From assembly GCA_002269645.1 (NCBI GenBank), contig NIVC01001524.1:186001-250000 (forward strand): a stretch of 64,000 bases of DNA, read 5' to 3'. This DNA is from Macrostomum lignano (Eukaryota). Below the pieces are notes generated by a model, which was not told the DNA's origin, made no database searches, and worked only from the letters and a program-made list of their open reading frames with translations. Shown here piece after piece: positions 22,901 through 35,764 of this stretch (positions are counted from its first letter, which is position 1; each line of letters begins with the position of its first letter). The position numbers were made by a program, and so were the translations under genes.

Positions 22901-25900
22901 ACGCTGAGACAGACACTGAGACAGACAATGAGACAGACACTGAGACAGACACTGAGACAGACACTCAGACAGACACTCAGACGGACACTGAGACAGACAC
23001 TCAGACAGACACTCAGACGGACACTGAGACAGACACTCAGACAGACACTCAGACAGACACTGAGACAGACGCAGAGACAGACACTGAGACAGACGCTGAG
23101 ACAGACACTGAGACGGATACAGAGACAGACACTGAGACGGATACAGAGACAGACACTGAGACGGACACTGAGACAGACACTGAGACAGACACTCAGACGG
23201 ACACTGAGACAGACACTCAGACAGACACTCAGACAGACGCTGAGACAGACACTGAGACAGACGCTGAGACAGACACTGAGACAGACACTGAGACAGACAC
23301 TGAGACAGACACTGAGACAGACGCTGAGACAGACACTAAGACAGACATTCATATCAATCAAACAGGCAGATCCAGACAAACCTTACTACACACAAAGCAA
23401 TTTACCTGCTATAGAAAACTTCCGACGAAATGTTGCCCAAACTTTGCGACTCCACATTGACCACCTTAGCGGCCATAGCAACCTCGCCCTGGGTGTCGCG
23501 TACCGCATAGACGGTGCCTTGAGCACCAGAGCCAAGCTGAGCTCGCTTATCGATGGTATATCCCCGGAACTGGTAGCCCGTGGCGACATCCAGACAGCGG
23601 GTGTACATGAAAGCGAGCCGAGGCGCCAGCTGGACAATTCTCTGCCGTTCCAACTCGCTTAAGCTGGCCGAGTTTTCTACCAGCTGTTCTGAACAGCGGA
23701 TCTTCTGCAAGAATCTGAAATGGCGCTTGTCCAACCATTTGTTCATGGAGTCTACCAGGCATTCGACCAGTCGGCCTGTGTTGATCTTTTCTACAATGAG
23801 TTTAGTTAGATCCGTAATTTATGTAGATATGAGTTTACTCAGCGAAATCACGGCGCTCATGGAAATCACAGAACTCACGGAGCTCAAGGAACTCACAGAA
23901 CTCATGGAACTCACAGAACTCATGGAATTCACAGAACTCATGGAATTCGCAGAACTCATGGAATTCACAGAACTCATGGAATTCACAGAACTCATGGAAT
24001 TCACAGAACTCATGGAATTCACAGAACTCATGGAATTCACAGAACTCATGAAATTCACAGAACTCATGGAATTCACAGAACTCAAGGAACTCACAGAACT
24101 CATGGAACTCACAGAACTCATGAAATTCACAGAACTCATGGAATTCACAGAACTCATGAAATTCACAGAACTCATGGAATTCACAGAACTCAAGGAACTC
24201 ACAGAACTCATGGAACTCACAGAACTCATGAAATTCACAGAACTCATGGAATTTACAGAACTCACGGAGCTCAAGGAACTCACAGAACTCATGGAGCTCA
24301 AGGAACTCACAGAACTCATGGAATTCACAGAACTCATGGAATTTACAGAACTCACGGAGCTCAAGGAACTCACAGAACTCATGGAGCTCAAGGAACTCAC
24401 AGAACTCATGGAATTCACAGAACTCATGGAATTCACAGAACTCATGGAATTCACAGAACTCATGGAATTCACAGAGCTCATGGAATTCACAGAACTCATG
24501 GAATTCACAGAACTCATGGAATTCACAGAACTCATGGAATTCACAGAACTCATGGAATTCACAGAACTCATGAAATTCAGAGAACTCATGGAATTTACAG
24601 AACTCACGGAGCTCAAGGAACTCGCAGAACTCATGGTACTCATTTGGAACCCATGAACCCCTGGAACACATAAACCCTGGAACACATGAACCCTGGAACA
24701 CATGAACCCTAGTTGGAACACATGAACCCTGGAACACATGAACCCTGGAACACATGAACCCTGGAACACATGAACCCTGGAACACATGAACCCTGGAACA
24801 CATGAACCCTGGAACACATGAACCCTGGTACACATGAACCCTGGAACACATGAACCCTGGTACACATGAACCCTGGAACACATGAACCCTGGAACACATG
24901 AACCCTAGTTGGAACACATGAACCCTGGAACACATGAACCCTGGAACACATGAACCCTGGTACACATGAACCCTGGAACACATGAACCCTGGAACACATG
25001 AACCCTGGAACACATGAACCCTGGTACACATGAACTCTGGTACACATGAACCCTGGAGCACATGAATCCTGGAACACATGAACCCTGGAACACATGAACC
25101 CTAGCTGGAACACATGAACCCTGGTACACATGAATCCTGGAACACATGAACCCTGGAACACATGAACCCTGGTACACATGAACCCTGGTACAAATTAACC
25201 CTGGAACACATGAACCCTGGAACACATGAACCCTGGAACACATGAACCCTGGAACACATGAACCCTGGAACACATGAACCCTGGAACACATGAACCCTGG
25301 TACACATGAACCCTGGTACACATGAACCCTGGTACACATGAACCCTGGTACACATGAACCCTGGTACACATGAACCCTGGAACACATGAACCCTGGAACA
25401 CATGAACCCTAGCTGGAACACATGAACCCTGGAACACATGAACCCTGGAACACATGAACCCTGAAACACATGAACCCTGGAACATATGAAACCCTTAAAA
25501 TCGTTACGTTCTGAGTTATACGCAATCAGTTAGTCCCAGGATAGTTAGTGCACAAGGACTCACTGATATGACACTTGGCCTGAAACCGCTTCCACTCAGG
25601 ATCCTGCACTGGCCGACTGAAAATCACTCCGGGATGACGGAGAATCGTTTGAATATTGAGCGACATCTGACGCATCACCGTCCTGAAGCCGAGGCTGTAA
25701 ATATCGCTAGCCTGCAGGTCGCACTCGTCGGCTAGAGTAGCTTTGAGCACGGCCAAACTTGGCGTCTGCTCGATGTCTCTCTCGTATTCGAATACTCGAG
25801 CTTTTAAATCTTCCAATTCGGCGAAGCAGTCCTGCATTGCGCCCTTTTGCAGGAACTCTTGATAGGCCACGATAACCCTGTTGTTGATGAATCGGTGGAT

Positions 25901-28900
25901 TTCGGTGACGCAGCGCTCTTCGATTTGATTGGAGGAGAGGTTTGCGTCGATGACGTTCTCTGAGTACTCCATCGACTTCACTTCCTCGAGCAGAATTGGT
26001 CCCTTCAATGTTTTTTTGCATGGATATACAGAAAAACGCATGTGTTGTTTCGTTTTCTGATTTTTTAGGAATCGTAGGTCTAAAATATTGTAGCCTAGTG
26101 GTTAGAGCGCGTCGGACTAACGACTGAACAATTTGTGTTTTTGAGCAAGGTACTTAACTCTTCATTGCTTCAGTTCACTCAGCTGTAAAATGGGTGCCAG
26201 CATTAGCTGGGATAATTGAGGGTGTGTGGCAACCCCCCCCCCAGTCCTTGGACTGAACAGCCGTACGCAGCCTTCAGATGCGCCGCGCAATATCTGCAGC
26301 TGAGCTGTCGGTTGTACATCTGCCATTATGACAGGTGTAATAAATTATTAATATTATTTGCGACTTGACATCAAGTGGGATACACATGAACAGGGTCTTC
26401 TTCGACAAAACTGTACTTTTAAATCTTGTAAAAACCTCACGTCGATGGGTTTTTACAATCAAGAAATCATCGTTAATACGAATATAAGTTGCAATTTAAG
26501 TACATTTAAGGCAGTCACGTGCAATCCCAAAATTTCAGTGACAACATGCGAGTAAAACGGGTAGCTTCTATAGTTTATTTATTTATTTATTTATTTAAAA
26601 ATCCAAATACGCCTAAAATGACTATCTCCCAACTTACTAACACTTAGTCATTCAGGGTACACAGGCACACATTCGCACTACACAGTTGACATGATGTTTT
26701 CATCTGTAAGACAGCAAACACTGATTTTGGGTATTCCAGCGCGAGAGTCCGTCGCGTTTACCTGAGCCGCTCTGTCCCAATTTTGTGCACCGACATAGAC
26801 CAAAGTCAACTCGCATTCTACAAGAATAGAAATGAACTCTTACGACTTGTTACTAAAACTATCAGTTATAATATCTATTAGTTATTACACCGGGTAGGCG
26901 TTTTCAATTCTTTCATGCAATAGTTCGTGCTTGACTTATCTAATATCTATGGCACAACTTTTTTCGTCTAGCACTTCGTTAGCACGGAGAGAACGTTTGA
27001 AACAGAATTTGAAAACGGATGAGAGATCAGGAAGCTGTTAGAGAACATCGTAAGTTTAGCATTTTTGGCTTTTAATACACAGCAATGAATTCAATTGCCA
27101 ACTATAATTTCGTCAAAAATCGAAAACTAAGTATCACGTATAGCAATCACAAGTATCACCAATAAATCAATGCCCTCCTCACCTGACTCTTAATTAAACT
27201 TTCCGCCTCACGTTCAAAGCCTTCGCGATGTTTTTCAACAATTTTCTTGGACTGCTCGTGGTTCCGACACTCCATAGCTCGGATCATTTCGAGATTTTTG
27301 CGCCGCATCTGCGTGCAAGCTCGAATATCGTTGGCCTTGTTCATCACCAAGTCCATAGTTTGGCAGTGCAAAACTCGCAAGCCTGAGCAAGCGCCAAGGA
27401 TTAGGCTGCGAAACTGTTCGGCAGCGAAGTCGGCCAGTTTTTGTTGCATCTCGTTGAAGCGAAGCACCCACTTGCTGCGTTTCACGGCGGCTCCGGCCGC
27501 TTGATCTCCGCCGGATCTTTTGATTGCTATCGCCACGCGCCTCCTGTAGTTCTTCATCTCCCAGCTCGAGATGCAGAAGAATCTCGAACAACTTTCGGGC
27601 GTTTCTTCCGCGCCGAAGCATTGAAGCTTTTTGAGTCGACTGAAAACACGTCGAGCACGATCCTGCTCGATGTCTTCGATTGTACGACCACTTTCTGGCG
27701 TTGGAATATCCTCTTTGGAAACGTCCATTTTTGTTACTAGATAGAATAGTTCAAGTTCCGGAGCTGTGGCTCGAATGTTTTCAATGTCTTTCTCGGCCTA
27801 GGGAAGGAATGAAACTGTGGTAGAGTTTTGATGGTATTATAGAGAGCTTACTTGTTTTCATTTAGTGATGCGTTGGATTGTGACTAATTCTGACTAATTT
27901 CTTAGGCACTGGTTTGCGAGGGCCTATCGCGTTTAGTGGGGGTGGCGGTGCGTGCTGAGGTGGTTGTTGCGTTTGGGGTGCTTTGTCCTTGTCCCCCCCG
28001 CTGAGGGTTGGATGGTCTTGGGGTTGGATGGTCTTGGGGTTGGATGGTCTTGGGGTTGGATGGTCTTGGGGTTGGATGGTCTTGGGGTTGGATGGTCTTG
28101 GGGTTGGATGGTCTTGGGGTTGGATGGTCTTGGGGTTGGATGGTCTTGGGGTCGGATGGTCTTGAGGTTGGATGGTCTTGGGGTTGGATGGTCTTGGGGT
28201 TGGATGGTCTTGGGGTTGGATGGTCTTGGGGTTGGATGGTCTTGGGGTTGGATGGTCTTGGGGTTGGATGGTCTTGAGGTTGGATGGTCTTGGGGTTGGA
28301 TGGTCTTGGAGTTGGATGGTCTTGGGGTTGGATGGTCTTGAGGTTGGATGGTCTTGGAGTTGGATGGTTCTGGGGATTGGATGGTCTTGAGGTTGGATGG
28401 TCTTGGGGTTGGATGGTCTTGGGGTTGGATGGTCTTGGGGTTGGATGGTCTTGGGGTTGGATGGTCTTGGGGTTGGATGGTCTTGGAGTTGGATGGTCTT
28501 GAGGTTGGATGGTCTTGGTGTTGGATGGTCTTGGGGTTGGATGGTCGCGGGGTTGGATGGTTTTAGAGCTACTGGTTTTTGTTCATATATTTTCCTATGG
28601 TCCATATGGTAAAATACAAACAATGGTTATTTTGATGCTCAAAGTAAATGATTCAGTTATTGTATGTAAAACAGTAGCTCGAAGAAAATTACCGCCAAAG
28701 TGATTCCGTATCGACCGTCGATAACGTACAAAATGATTGGCAGAAACGAGTCAATCGCCCGCATGGTCAGGGTGTCAAGAGCGTCGTTTTCGTTTAGTCC
28801 GGGCGAATCCACAATGTCCAGTCCGCACTTGCGCAGAAACTCGCTAGGCACACCGAGCTCAACTGATGCGCTCAATAAATTTGCATCTTCACGACTGTCG

Positions 28901-31900
28901 TCTTTTAGCCAGATGAAATTTTCGTCAATTTTGCCGTCCTCCGGTTGGACTGTCTGGCCCAATTGCTTGCCATGCTTGTCTAGGAGGCGAACTGTCACTC
29001 GGTCTGCGTAGGTTATTCGAGTCACTCTGGCTGTGCACGGCGTCGATGATTGGTCAACAAACTTGCGACCTTGAAAAAGTTATAATTTTATTGAACTATA
29101 CAGTTTAAATTGACTTTTTGTAGTCCTTACTTGTAGTGAATGTTATCTAGAAAGCTTACTGTGGGTTGGCTTTATTCATTCGGTCGCAAAACCGAAACCC
29201 CAGAAGTATCGTGGCGTCATAAATTTAAAACGCAGTGTCTTTCATAAGTTCTAGACTTCATTCTGATTATAGTTCGATCTAGTGATGCATCTGATGTTAT
29301 ATTTCAGTTTTTATATATTTGGTCTTGTCATTTTTGTGTCCTGTAATGCATCGGTGGTGCAATGTCTTTAACATGAGACCCCTGCCAGACAAAAATTACT
29401 TATGTAAACTTTTGGATGCAAGTTACTGTAACAAATTGCTATCGCTAGAAATTTTGTCGAAATGAGTCTGCTCCTAGCTTTGCTCTACCGGTATAATATA
29501 AATCACCTAATACAAAACGATTCTGGAAGACAGCCAATGGTACAGCCGCAGCACTCGGCGAGGCGAGGCATGACCCCTGCATCACTCATTTACCGTGGCT
29601 GCCTTGGGAATCGACGCAAGCAGCCTATTTAGCTGCGCGCTAACCGTGGCCAATTCTAATTAACTTGCATCACCTTGAAATACTTGTCCGACTGAACAGA
29701 TGCATACCACTTGGTAGTCTATATAACTATTATACTTGTTTCTCCATACCTACTGTAAAGCATAGTAACTTCTCGCTCCCCTCAGAATGCGCAGCAACTG
29801 CTTCACATCTCAGCCCATAGACAAAACCGCAGAAGGGCAACTCGTCTGCCGGTCCTTGTACTCTGGCCTTCTATCGAATCGAACAACTTTCTAGGCTACA
29901 CGGCTCGTTAAGAGCGCCCTTAATTCTAGCTCTAATAAGCTAAAACTAACGCTAAAAAGCATCGAAGATCTTGCGCAGGGTGCACAACGTGACGACGAGA
30001 ATTATTCTCATAGTCGGAGAGTGACAGTGAGAGACGTAACTAATTAGGCCATTTGCGTTTTCGCCAAATACTATAGGAGCAGTCATAATCTAAAAACCCA
30101 AAGAGAGGCCGACGGAAATAAGACGACAAAGTAATTCAGCATCAAGACGGCATGTCCAGCTTCAGCCTCGCCGAGGCTTTGAAAAAGTCTCGGCCGCACC
30201 GCGCCGGCCAGTTCGTCTCGCCGCCACGCGTTCTGACGTTGCACAACTCGCGCAGCGAGCCTTCGCACATGACAATTCGAAGGCGCAACGACGACATAAT
30301 TCGCCTGCCGGCGCAGCCCTGGCATTCACCCACAGCCCGGGGGATCTGCGGCAGCAGCTCGCCGCCGCCGACGCCGCCGCAGCCGTTGCCGGTGTCTTTT
30401 AGCGTTGATTTTCCGCAACGAGGCAATGTTAATCTGCACCAATATCTGCCGCGCAATTTTGGTCAACAGAAATTCGTTCTGAATAATAACAGCTTTGCTG
30501 GAGGCAGCGGCGCGATGCTCAACCACACGGACACCAGCGGCGAGGACGCCAAATCCAGCGGCACGCTGGCTGGCCTCTCCGACACGATTTCTATCGACGC
30601 CAGCATTTCCGATCATTTCCTGTGCGAGCGAAGCGACAGAGTCTGGCACAGCGGCGGCAACTGCAGTAATTCGACGCACCGCAATCGACGTCGTTCCAGA
30701 CGACGCGGTGGCTCGAAGCGTCGTCGGAAACCGACGGACTATGACGAACAAGTCGACCAAGATGACAGCGACGATTCGCCGCGCGTGCCGGAAGTTCTGA
30801 ACGCTTCGAACGATCGGAAGCATCAAAATTATCTGCGCATTAAAGCTCCAGCAAGGAAACACTATCAGCATCAGTCGCAGCAGAATCAGGTGATTCAGTG
30901 CCAGCAACAGAGCAGCAGCGGGCAATATCAGTACATCAGCAGCAGCGGTGGCAGTGAAGAATTTTGCGACATGCCCCAGCAATACATTCGCAGTACCAAT
31001 ATAGCGGGACTGTGTGAGTTAGCTGCGGCGAAACTTCTCTTATTTATGAATCTAAACAGAAGCGTGAAGAGTGGTGTTAGAAAGTGTCACATGAGATCTA
31101 GGGCACGTTTAGGCTGCGATTGAAACACGCAGTTAATCCAAAACACCCTCAAGGACGCTTTACTAAAAATGGACCTATAACGAATCTAAGATACATTTAT
31201 GACAAATCCAGCGAAACCCTTCAACCCATCGCAGTTGCAAACGCCAGCTGCCTCGCCGACCAGCGCAGTCCAAGCCAACGCAGCGACCACAGCGAGCCGC
31301 AATTCGGCCGAGAGGACCTTAAAGTGCGCGGTCACTGGCAGGAGTCCTTAAGCAACGATGATCAAAGCACAACTGAGGCGTCCTGCACCGACGAAGAGAA
31401 TAAAACTCAAATTGCTGGAGTTGACAGCGACTTGACGGCTCTGACGCTTAGCAGAATGGAGCTGAGCAGTTCTCAGGCTGCCGCTACGGAGCAGAAACTC
31501 CTGCAGCAGCTGCAACAGAAGCAGCACAGGTCGCGACGGTACGGCGGAGGAGGCGGAGGAAGTACCACGTCGCCAGGTTCCAACGAAATGAGTGAGGATG
31601 TCAGCAGTCGCAGCCATAACAAGCAGCTGCAGCAACAGCAGCAGCAACTGCCTCGGCACCAAATCCAGCAACTGCATCAGCAGCAGTCGCAGCTGCAACA
31701 GCAGCATCAGCAGTATCATTTTGACAAGCAGCAGCAGGTGTTGATTCAACAACCGCAGCAATTTCAACAGCAACAGATGCAGCAGATGCCACAGCAACAG
31801 CAGATTCAACCAAGGCATCAACATGTAGTTATGCCGCCAGTGCTGGAGCCGCATCAGCTGATAGCTGCCCAGCAGATGATGGTTGGAATGAACTATGATC

Positions 31901-34361
31901 AGCCGGCCCAGCAAAATCAGCAGCAGACGCAGCAGCCGACGGTGCAACAGCCGACGCCGCAGTTTGCTCAGCCACAGTATCTGGCGCAGCCATATCAACT
32001 GATTTGCCAGCCTTCGCCGTCGATGTATCCCGATCAATCAAACGGCCTGACCATCACCAACCCGATACCGTGGCAGCAGCAGCCTTCAAATATTCAGCAA
32101 CAGCACCAGCAACAGCAACAGCATTTTGTTCCACAAGCACTGTTGGCTCAATTGCCAGAGCAGCAGAAGCAAAGTCTGCCAAGTCCGAAGCATCATCAAC
32201 ATCATCGTCAGCGAGCTCAACATGACAGACATCCGCATTTGAGCAGCTCCGGACGTCATCCGCTCGGTCAGAACAGCTCCAGTTCGAGCTTCTCTTTGAG
32301 CCAATCGCAGCGCAGTACTCGCGAGTCTAACTCCGCACGGGATGAAGAAATCATACCGGCGTCGGATGATCTGGTTCACCTGTCCGTCATCAGCTGCACG
32401 GAGGCTGGCGATCGCAGCGGCGGCAGCGGTCGCGTTGGGGGCGGCGGCGGCGTCGGCGGTGGCAACTCGGAGGGCGAAGCGACAACGGCTCCGGCAGTGG
32501 AGACAGAAGCCGAGGGAGAAGTTGGCACGACTCTGTGCGCGGAGACGGATGATCATCGGGTGCCGTGCTCCGTGGTTTCGACCGAGCAACGACAGGAGCC
32601 ACAGCAACCACTTCAGCAGCACTTAGACAAGCCGCAGAATCACAACCAGCAACCGGTCCATGAGGAAAGTCATCACATCCACCGCAGCCGTGAGCAGCAA
32701 GCCAAGCAGGAGCAGATTTTGTCACCATCGGAGTCGCAGCAATCGTCTCGCTACGGCCGATTGAAGACGCCAGAAATTTGCAAGCGAGACTTTCTATCCA
32801 TGCTTCGGCAGAACATCTCGCACGGTAGGCTGCACCGACGTGCCAAAATGAAGCTGAACAGGCGGTCCTAGCTGACCAAGTTTCAAGATCCCAACACAAA
32901 TATTTGCCAGCAAAATCAATTCCTCGATTGTCAATTGTCGCGCCTCCATTGGGACTGCAGTCTTCTTATAAAAACTCAAACTTGTGCGCCAGCGTGAACT
33001 CTCCCTCCCACACACACCCAACCCCTTCAAAGTCTTCTCAGCAGAGTCGAATTTGTAATGCTGTCCGTATCCGTACCGCGCTCTCAACCAATTGAGTGTT
33101 TATTTGCGTAATTGTAACCAATTCAGCACCAGCTCGTGCGCAAAACGCGAAGTTAACAACGCCAATACGCTGCATGCACATTCGGTTGTGTTTAAAAAGT
33201 GCTTTTAACACACACGCACAATTTTTCGTAACTTATAAATGTGGTAAATCCATTCTTTTTGTTTCCTACTCCATCCCCGATTGGCAGCTTAAACTGCAGT
33301 AACCGTCGAGTTTACAATGCCGCCTTTTTTAAACTGTTTCGCTTCTGGCCCTCCCGTACTCATGGTCTCCTCGCAGACTGTTTGGTAACCTGCTCTCCGA
33401 ATTATTTCGCACGTCGTCTCAAAACTGTGACTGCGCATTTACCTCGAAACCTACTAAACCGACTGCAATGTTTTTTCATTCATTTTTTTAATATATAAGA
33501 CAAATTTCAGGTGTCCAGAGAATATTTTTTCTTGTAACCTCAAGACACAAAGCGTATGGTTATGTAAAATGCTCGGTATATTCTGTTGCTTTTGTGTTTC
33601 CGTGCTGACGAAGGCAAGGGCAGGGGGATGTTAGACAAGTGAACAAGGATGTTAGAATAACAACACGGATGTTAGACTATAACAGCGAGGGTGTTAGAAA
33701 AATTAAAGAAAGAAAATCAGACCAGAACAATGATGTTGCAAAAATTAAAAAGGATGTCAGACCAGAACAAGGATGTTGGACAAATTAAAAAGGATCTCAG
33801 ACCAGAACAAGGATGTTGGACAAATGAAAGATGATGCCAGACCAGAACAAGGATGTTGGACAAATGAAAGATGATGCCAGACCAGAACAAGGATGTTAGA
33901 CAAATGAAAGACGATGTCAGGCCAGAACAAGGATTTATGACAAATGAACAAGGTTGTTAAAAGACGAGACTACATGTATGTTAGACCAATAAGCAGGGAA
34001 AGCTTAGCCGCGAGAAATGTTACACAAAGAACTCACCTAACAGTTCGTTAATAAAGGTGCTCTTTCCTGAGTTGCTCTGACCAACAACTACTATGCAAGG
34101 CCGTTCGGGACTGTTCGCAGCAGACGAACTATTGAAGCCACCGCCGCTTTTGAACAGCTGGTTAACCCGTTCTCGGACACCCTGCAAAGCCAAATTCTCT
34201 CGAATCTCGGCCACTAATTCCGGTGACAAAACTTTTACAAAGTCTTTGTCTAGCAGAGACTCAGTTTGGTCTAATAGTTTGTTTAATCTGTCACGATCGG
34301 CGTAGAATCGAGAGATCTCGAAGCTCAATGGTGACTCGTTCGAATCTTTAGACATGCTCAT
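19955..34361 (-). CDS. DSTYK: DSTYK/RIPK5-like protein: dynamin-type GTPase + helical region + C-terminal protein kinase (933 aa)
   Basis: Exons 34037-34361, 28693-29069, 27183-27797, 25564-26002, 23406-23790, 21293-21554, 20666-20844, 19955-20174 join in frame (2802 nt). Kinase motifs GSGAQG, AAK, HRDVKLQN, DFG, GTPIYLAPE, LMERCWD..P..RP. N-terminal GQSNSGKS, PCTAR, DSPG, TKMD. SFLPIILYV, the WKR..A helix and HRDxKLxN recall DSTYK (about 930 aa). Orthology not tested by phylogeny. Confidence 0.85.
20915..21245. repeat. Intronic minisatellite, alternating 43/44-bp units (87-bp dimer)
   Basis: GGTGGGTGTCAGTATCTGATTGGTTGGCAGGATTTATAGGGGT and its variant. Confidence 0.95.
21596..23345. repeat. 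Intronic minisatellite, 12-bp unit with 720-bp higher-order repeat
   Basis: ACTGAGACAGAC; diagnostic CGGATAC variant at 21674, 22394 and 23114. Confidence 0.95.
23850..24635. repeat. Intronic minisatellite, 18-bp unit
   Basis: CATGGAATTCACAGAACT (spurious MEFTEL ORF). Confidence 0.95.
24650..25492. repeat. Intronic minisatellite, 16-bp unit
   Basis: CATGAACCCTGGAACA. Confidence 0.95.
26090..26340 (+). mobile_element. tRNA-headed CORE-type SINE fragment in DSTYK intron 3
   Basis: A-box-like GTAGCCTAGTGGTTAGAGCG followed by TTGAGCAAGGTACTTAACTCTTCATTGCTTCAGTTCACTCAGCTGTAAAATGGG, resembling the CORE/MIR central domain. B box missing; 3' end approximate. Confidence 0.55.
28004..28562. repeat. 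Intronic minisatellite, 16-bp G-rich unit
   Basis: TGGGGTTGGATGGTCT. Confidence 0.95.
30152..32871 (+). CDS. Gln/Ser-rich low-complexity orphan protein nested antisense in DSTYK intron 1 (about 832 aa, 2 exons)
   Basis: ORFs 30152-31123 and 31120-32871 join in frame through a candidate intron 31014-31234 (T|gtgagt...catcgcag|TT). GC-rich codon-like composition, non-periodic poly-Q. No recognisable domain. A possible further donor (CACG|gtaggc) near 32825 means the 3' end is uncertain. Confidence 0.6.
33625..33960. repeat. Degenerate 40-bp tandem repeat
   Basis: ACCAGAACAAGGATGTTGGACAAATGAAAGATGATGCCAG at 33761, 33801, 33841 and 33881. Confidence 0.88.
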
Positions 34362-34994
34362 TTTTTTCCTTGTAAAAACTTTTTCACTTTTTTGTCTCAG
34401 CTTTTACAGGTAGATATTTAATATAGACCGAGCCCGCTTGAGCACATGGTCTTTATCGAGTTTGTTATCTTATCAAATTGTCATTTTCGTCGTTTAACTT
34501 TTATAGACATTGCTCTAGAAAAACTTAGCAAAAAAGAAGTTCAGTGATACGAGAAGTTGCTAAGACTAGCAATGACGCCCCCCACAGTAAAATTCCTGTT
34601 AATGTCATCGAAAGAACGGAAACTTAAAACTGCTTTTCCTAAAATTTAAAACCAAGCTAAAAAAAGCTGTAATTGATTATTGTAAAAACTTGATTGCCAC
34701 AGTTAAAAAGCCTTATATTTAGCCATATGGTTTGCTAAAAAGGGTAATATTATTTTACTTAGGTAGATAAATAAAGCATACATATAGTAGCAACACTAAA
34801 TCTACAAGATACTGAAGTACAAAAAGAAAACAAATACTAAAACTACAAAACAGCAGCATTTTATTAGCAATTGTCTGAGCTGTTACAAAACAACTAGTAA
34901 TTTAGAAAACATTTAAGTAGACATGATTTTGAGCATACAGTGTTGTAAAGTACAGAATCTTGAAAGGTTATAAAGAGATTTTATCAATTGGCGA

Positions 34995-35265
34995 TTGTAT
35001 AGATCTGAGCAGCTTCCTATCCAGATTGTGTATAGATCTGAGCAGTCTCCTATCCAGATTGTGTATAGATCTGAGCAGCTTCCTATCCAGATTGTGTATA
35101 GATCTGAGCAGCTTCCTATCCAGATTGTGTATAGATCTGAGCAGCTTCCTATCCAGATTGTGTATAGATCTGAGCAGCTTCCTATCCAGATTGTGTATAG
35201 ATCTGAGCAGCTTCCTATCCAGATTGTGTATAGATCTGAGCAGTTTACTATCCAGATTGTGTATA
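34995..35265. repeat. Intergenic minisatellite, 33-bp unit, about 8 copies
   Basis: GTATAGATCTGAGCAGCTTCCTATCCAGATTGT. Confidence 0.95.
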
Positions 35266-35764
35266 GAATATACACAACTGGTAGCATTAAATCATAAAAA
35301 GTTTGAAAAAGGCACACAAAAGATAACGGTAAGCATAAGATAGCAGTGACTAGATTGCCTTGAAAAGAAAAAAATTAGACATGAAAATCTAAAATATTAA
35401 AAATGGTTATTAGCAGGTGTGAATAAAAATTTTAGCAATATAATTCTTCGCATAATACTGTTTTGAGCAGTGAAATTGAAGCATTCTCGCAAAAAACGAC
35501 AATAAATAACTGAGCATGCCAATTAAATAATCAGATTTATAATTTTTCAAAAATGTTTAAAAAAGCTTTAAACAAAAAGACAATATAGAAGTTAGACAAA
35601 TTTTCTTTGTTTAGCATGCTTTGAGTGTAAATTATATTTAACAATCACATTTGAATCAACTATTGACTAGAAACAATAAATAGACAATTGTAAATATAGA
35701 ATTAGAAGGCCCGCTACTGAATAAATTAGGAGTGACTTTCTTAAGTATTTGAGTAACGTTTTGT

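Noticed and set aside
21415-25485. RQTL, SVCL, MEFTEL and CSRVHV repeat ORFs resembling coiled-coil or structural proteins
   Set aside because: They are 12-, 18- and 16-bp satellites inside DSTYK introns whose flanking exons splice in frame without them.
26885-27045. Possible extra DSTYK exon in intron 3
   Set aside because: All minus-strand frames hit stops before a GT donor, and exons 3 and 4 already join with homology-consistent sequence (SLIKSQ|GPILLEEVKSMEY).
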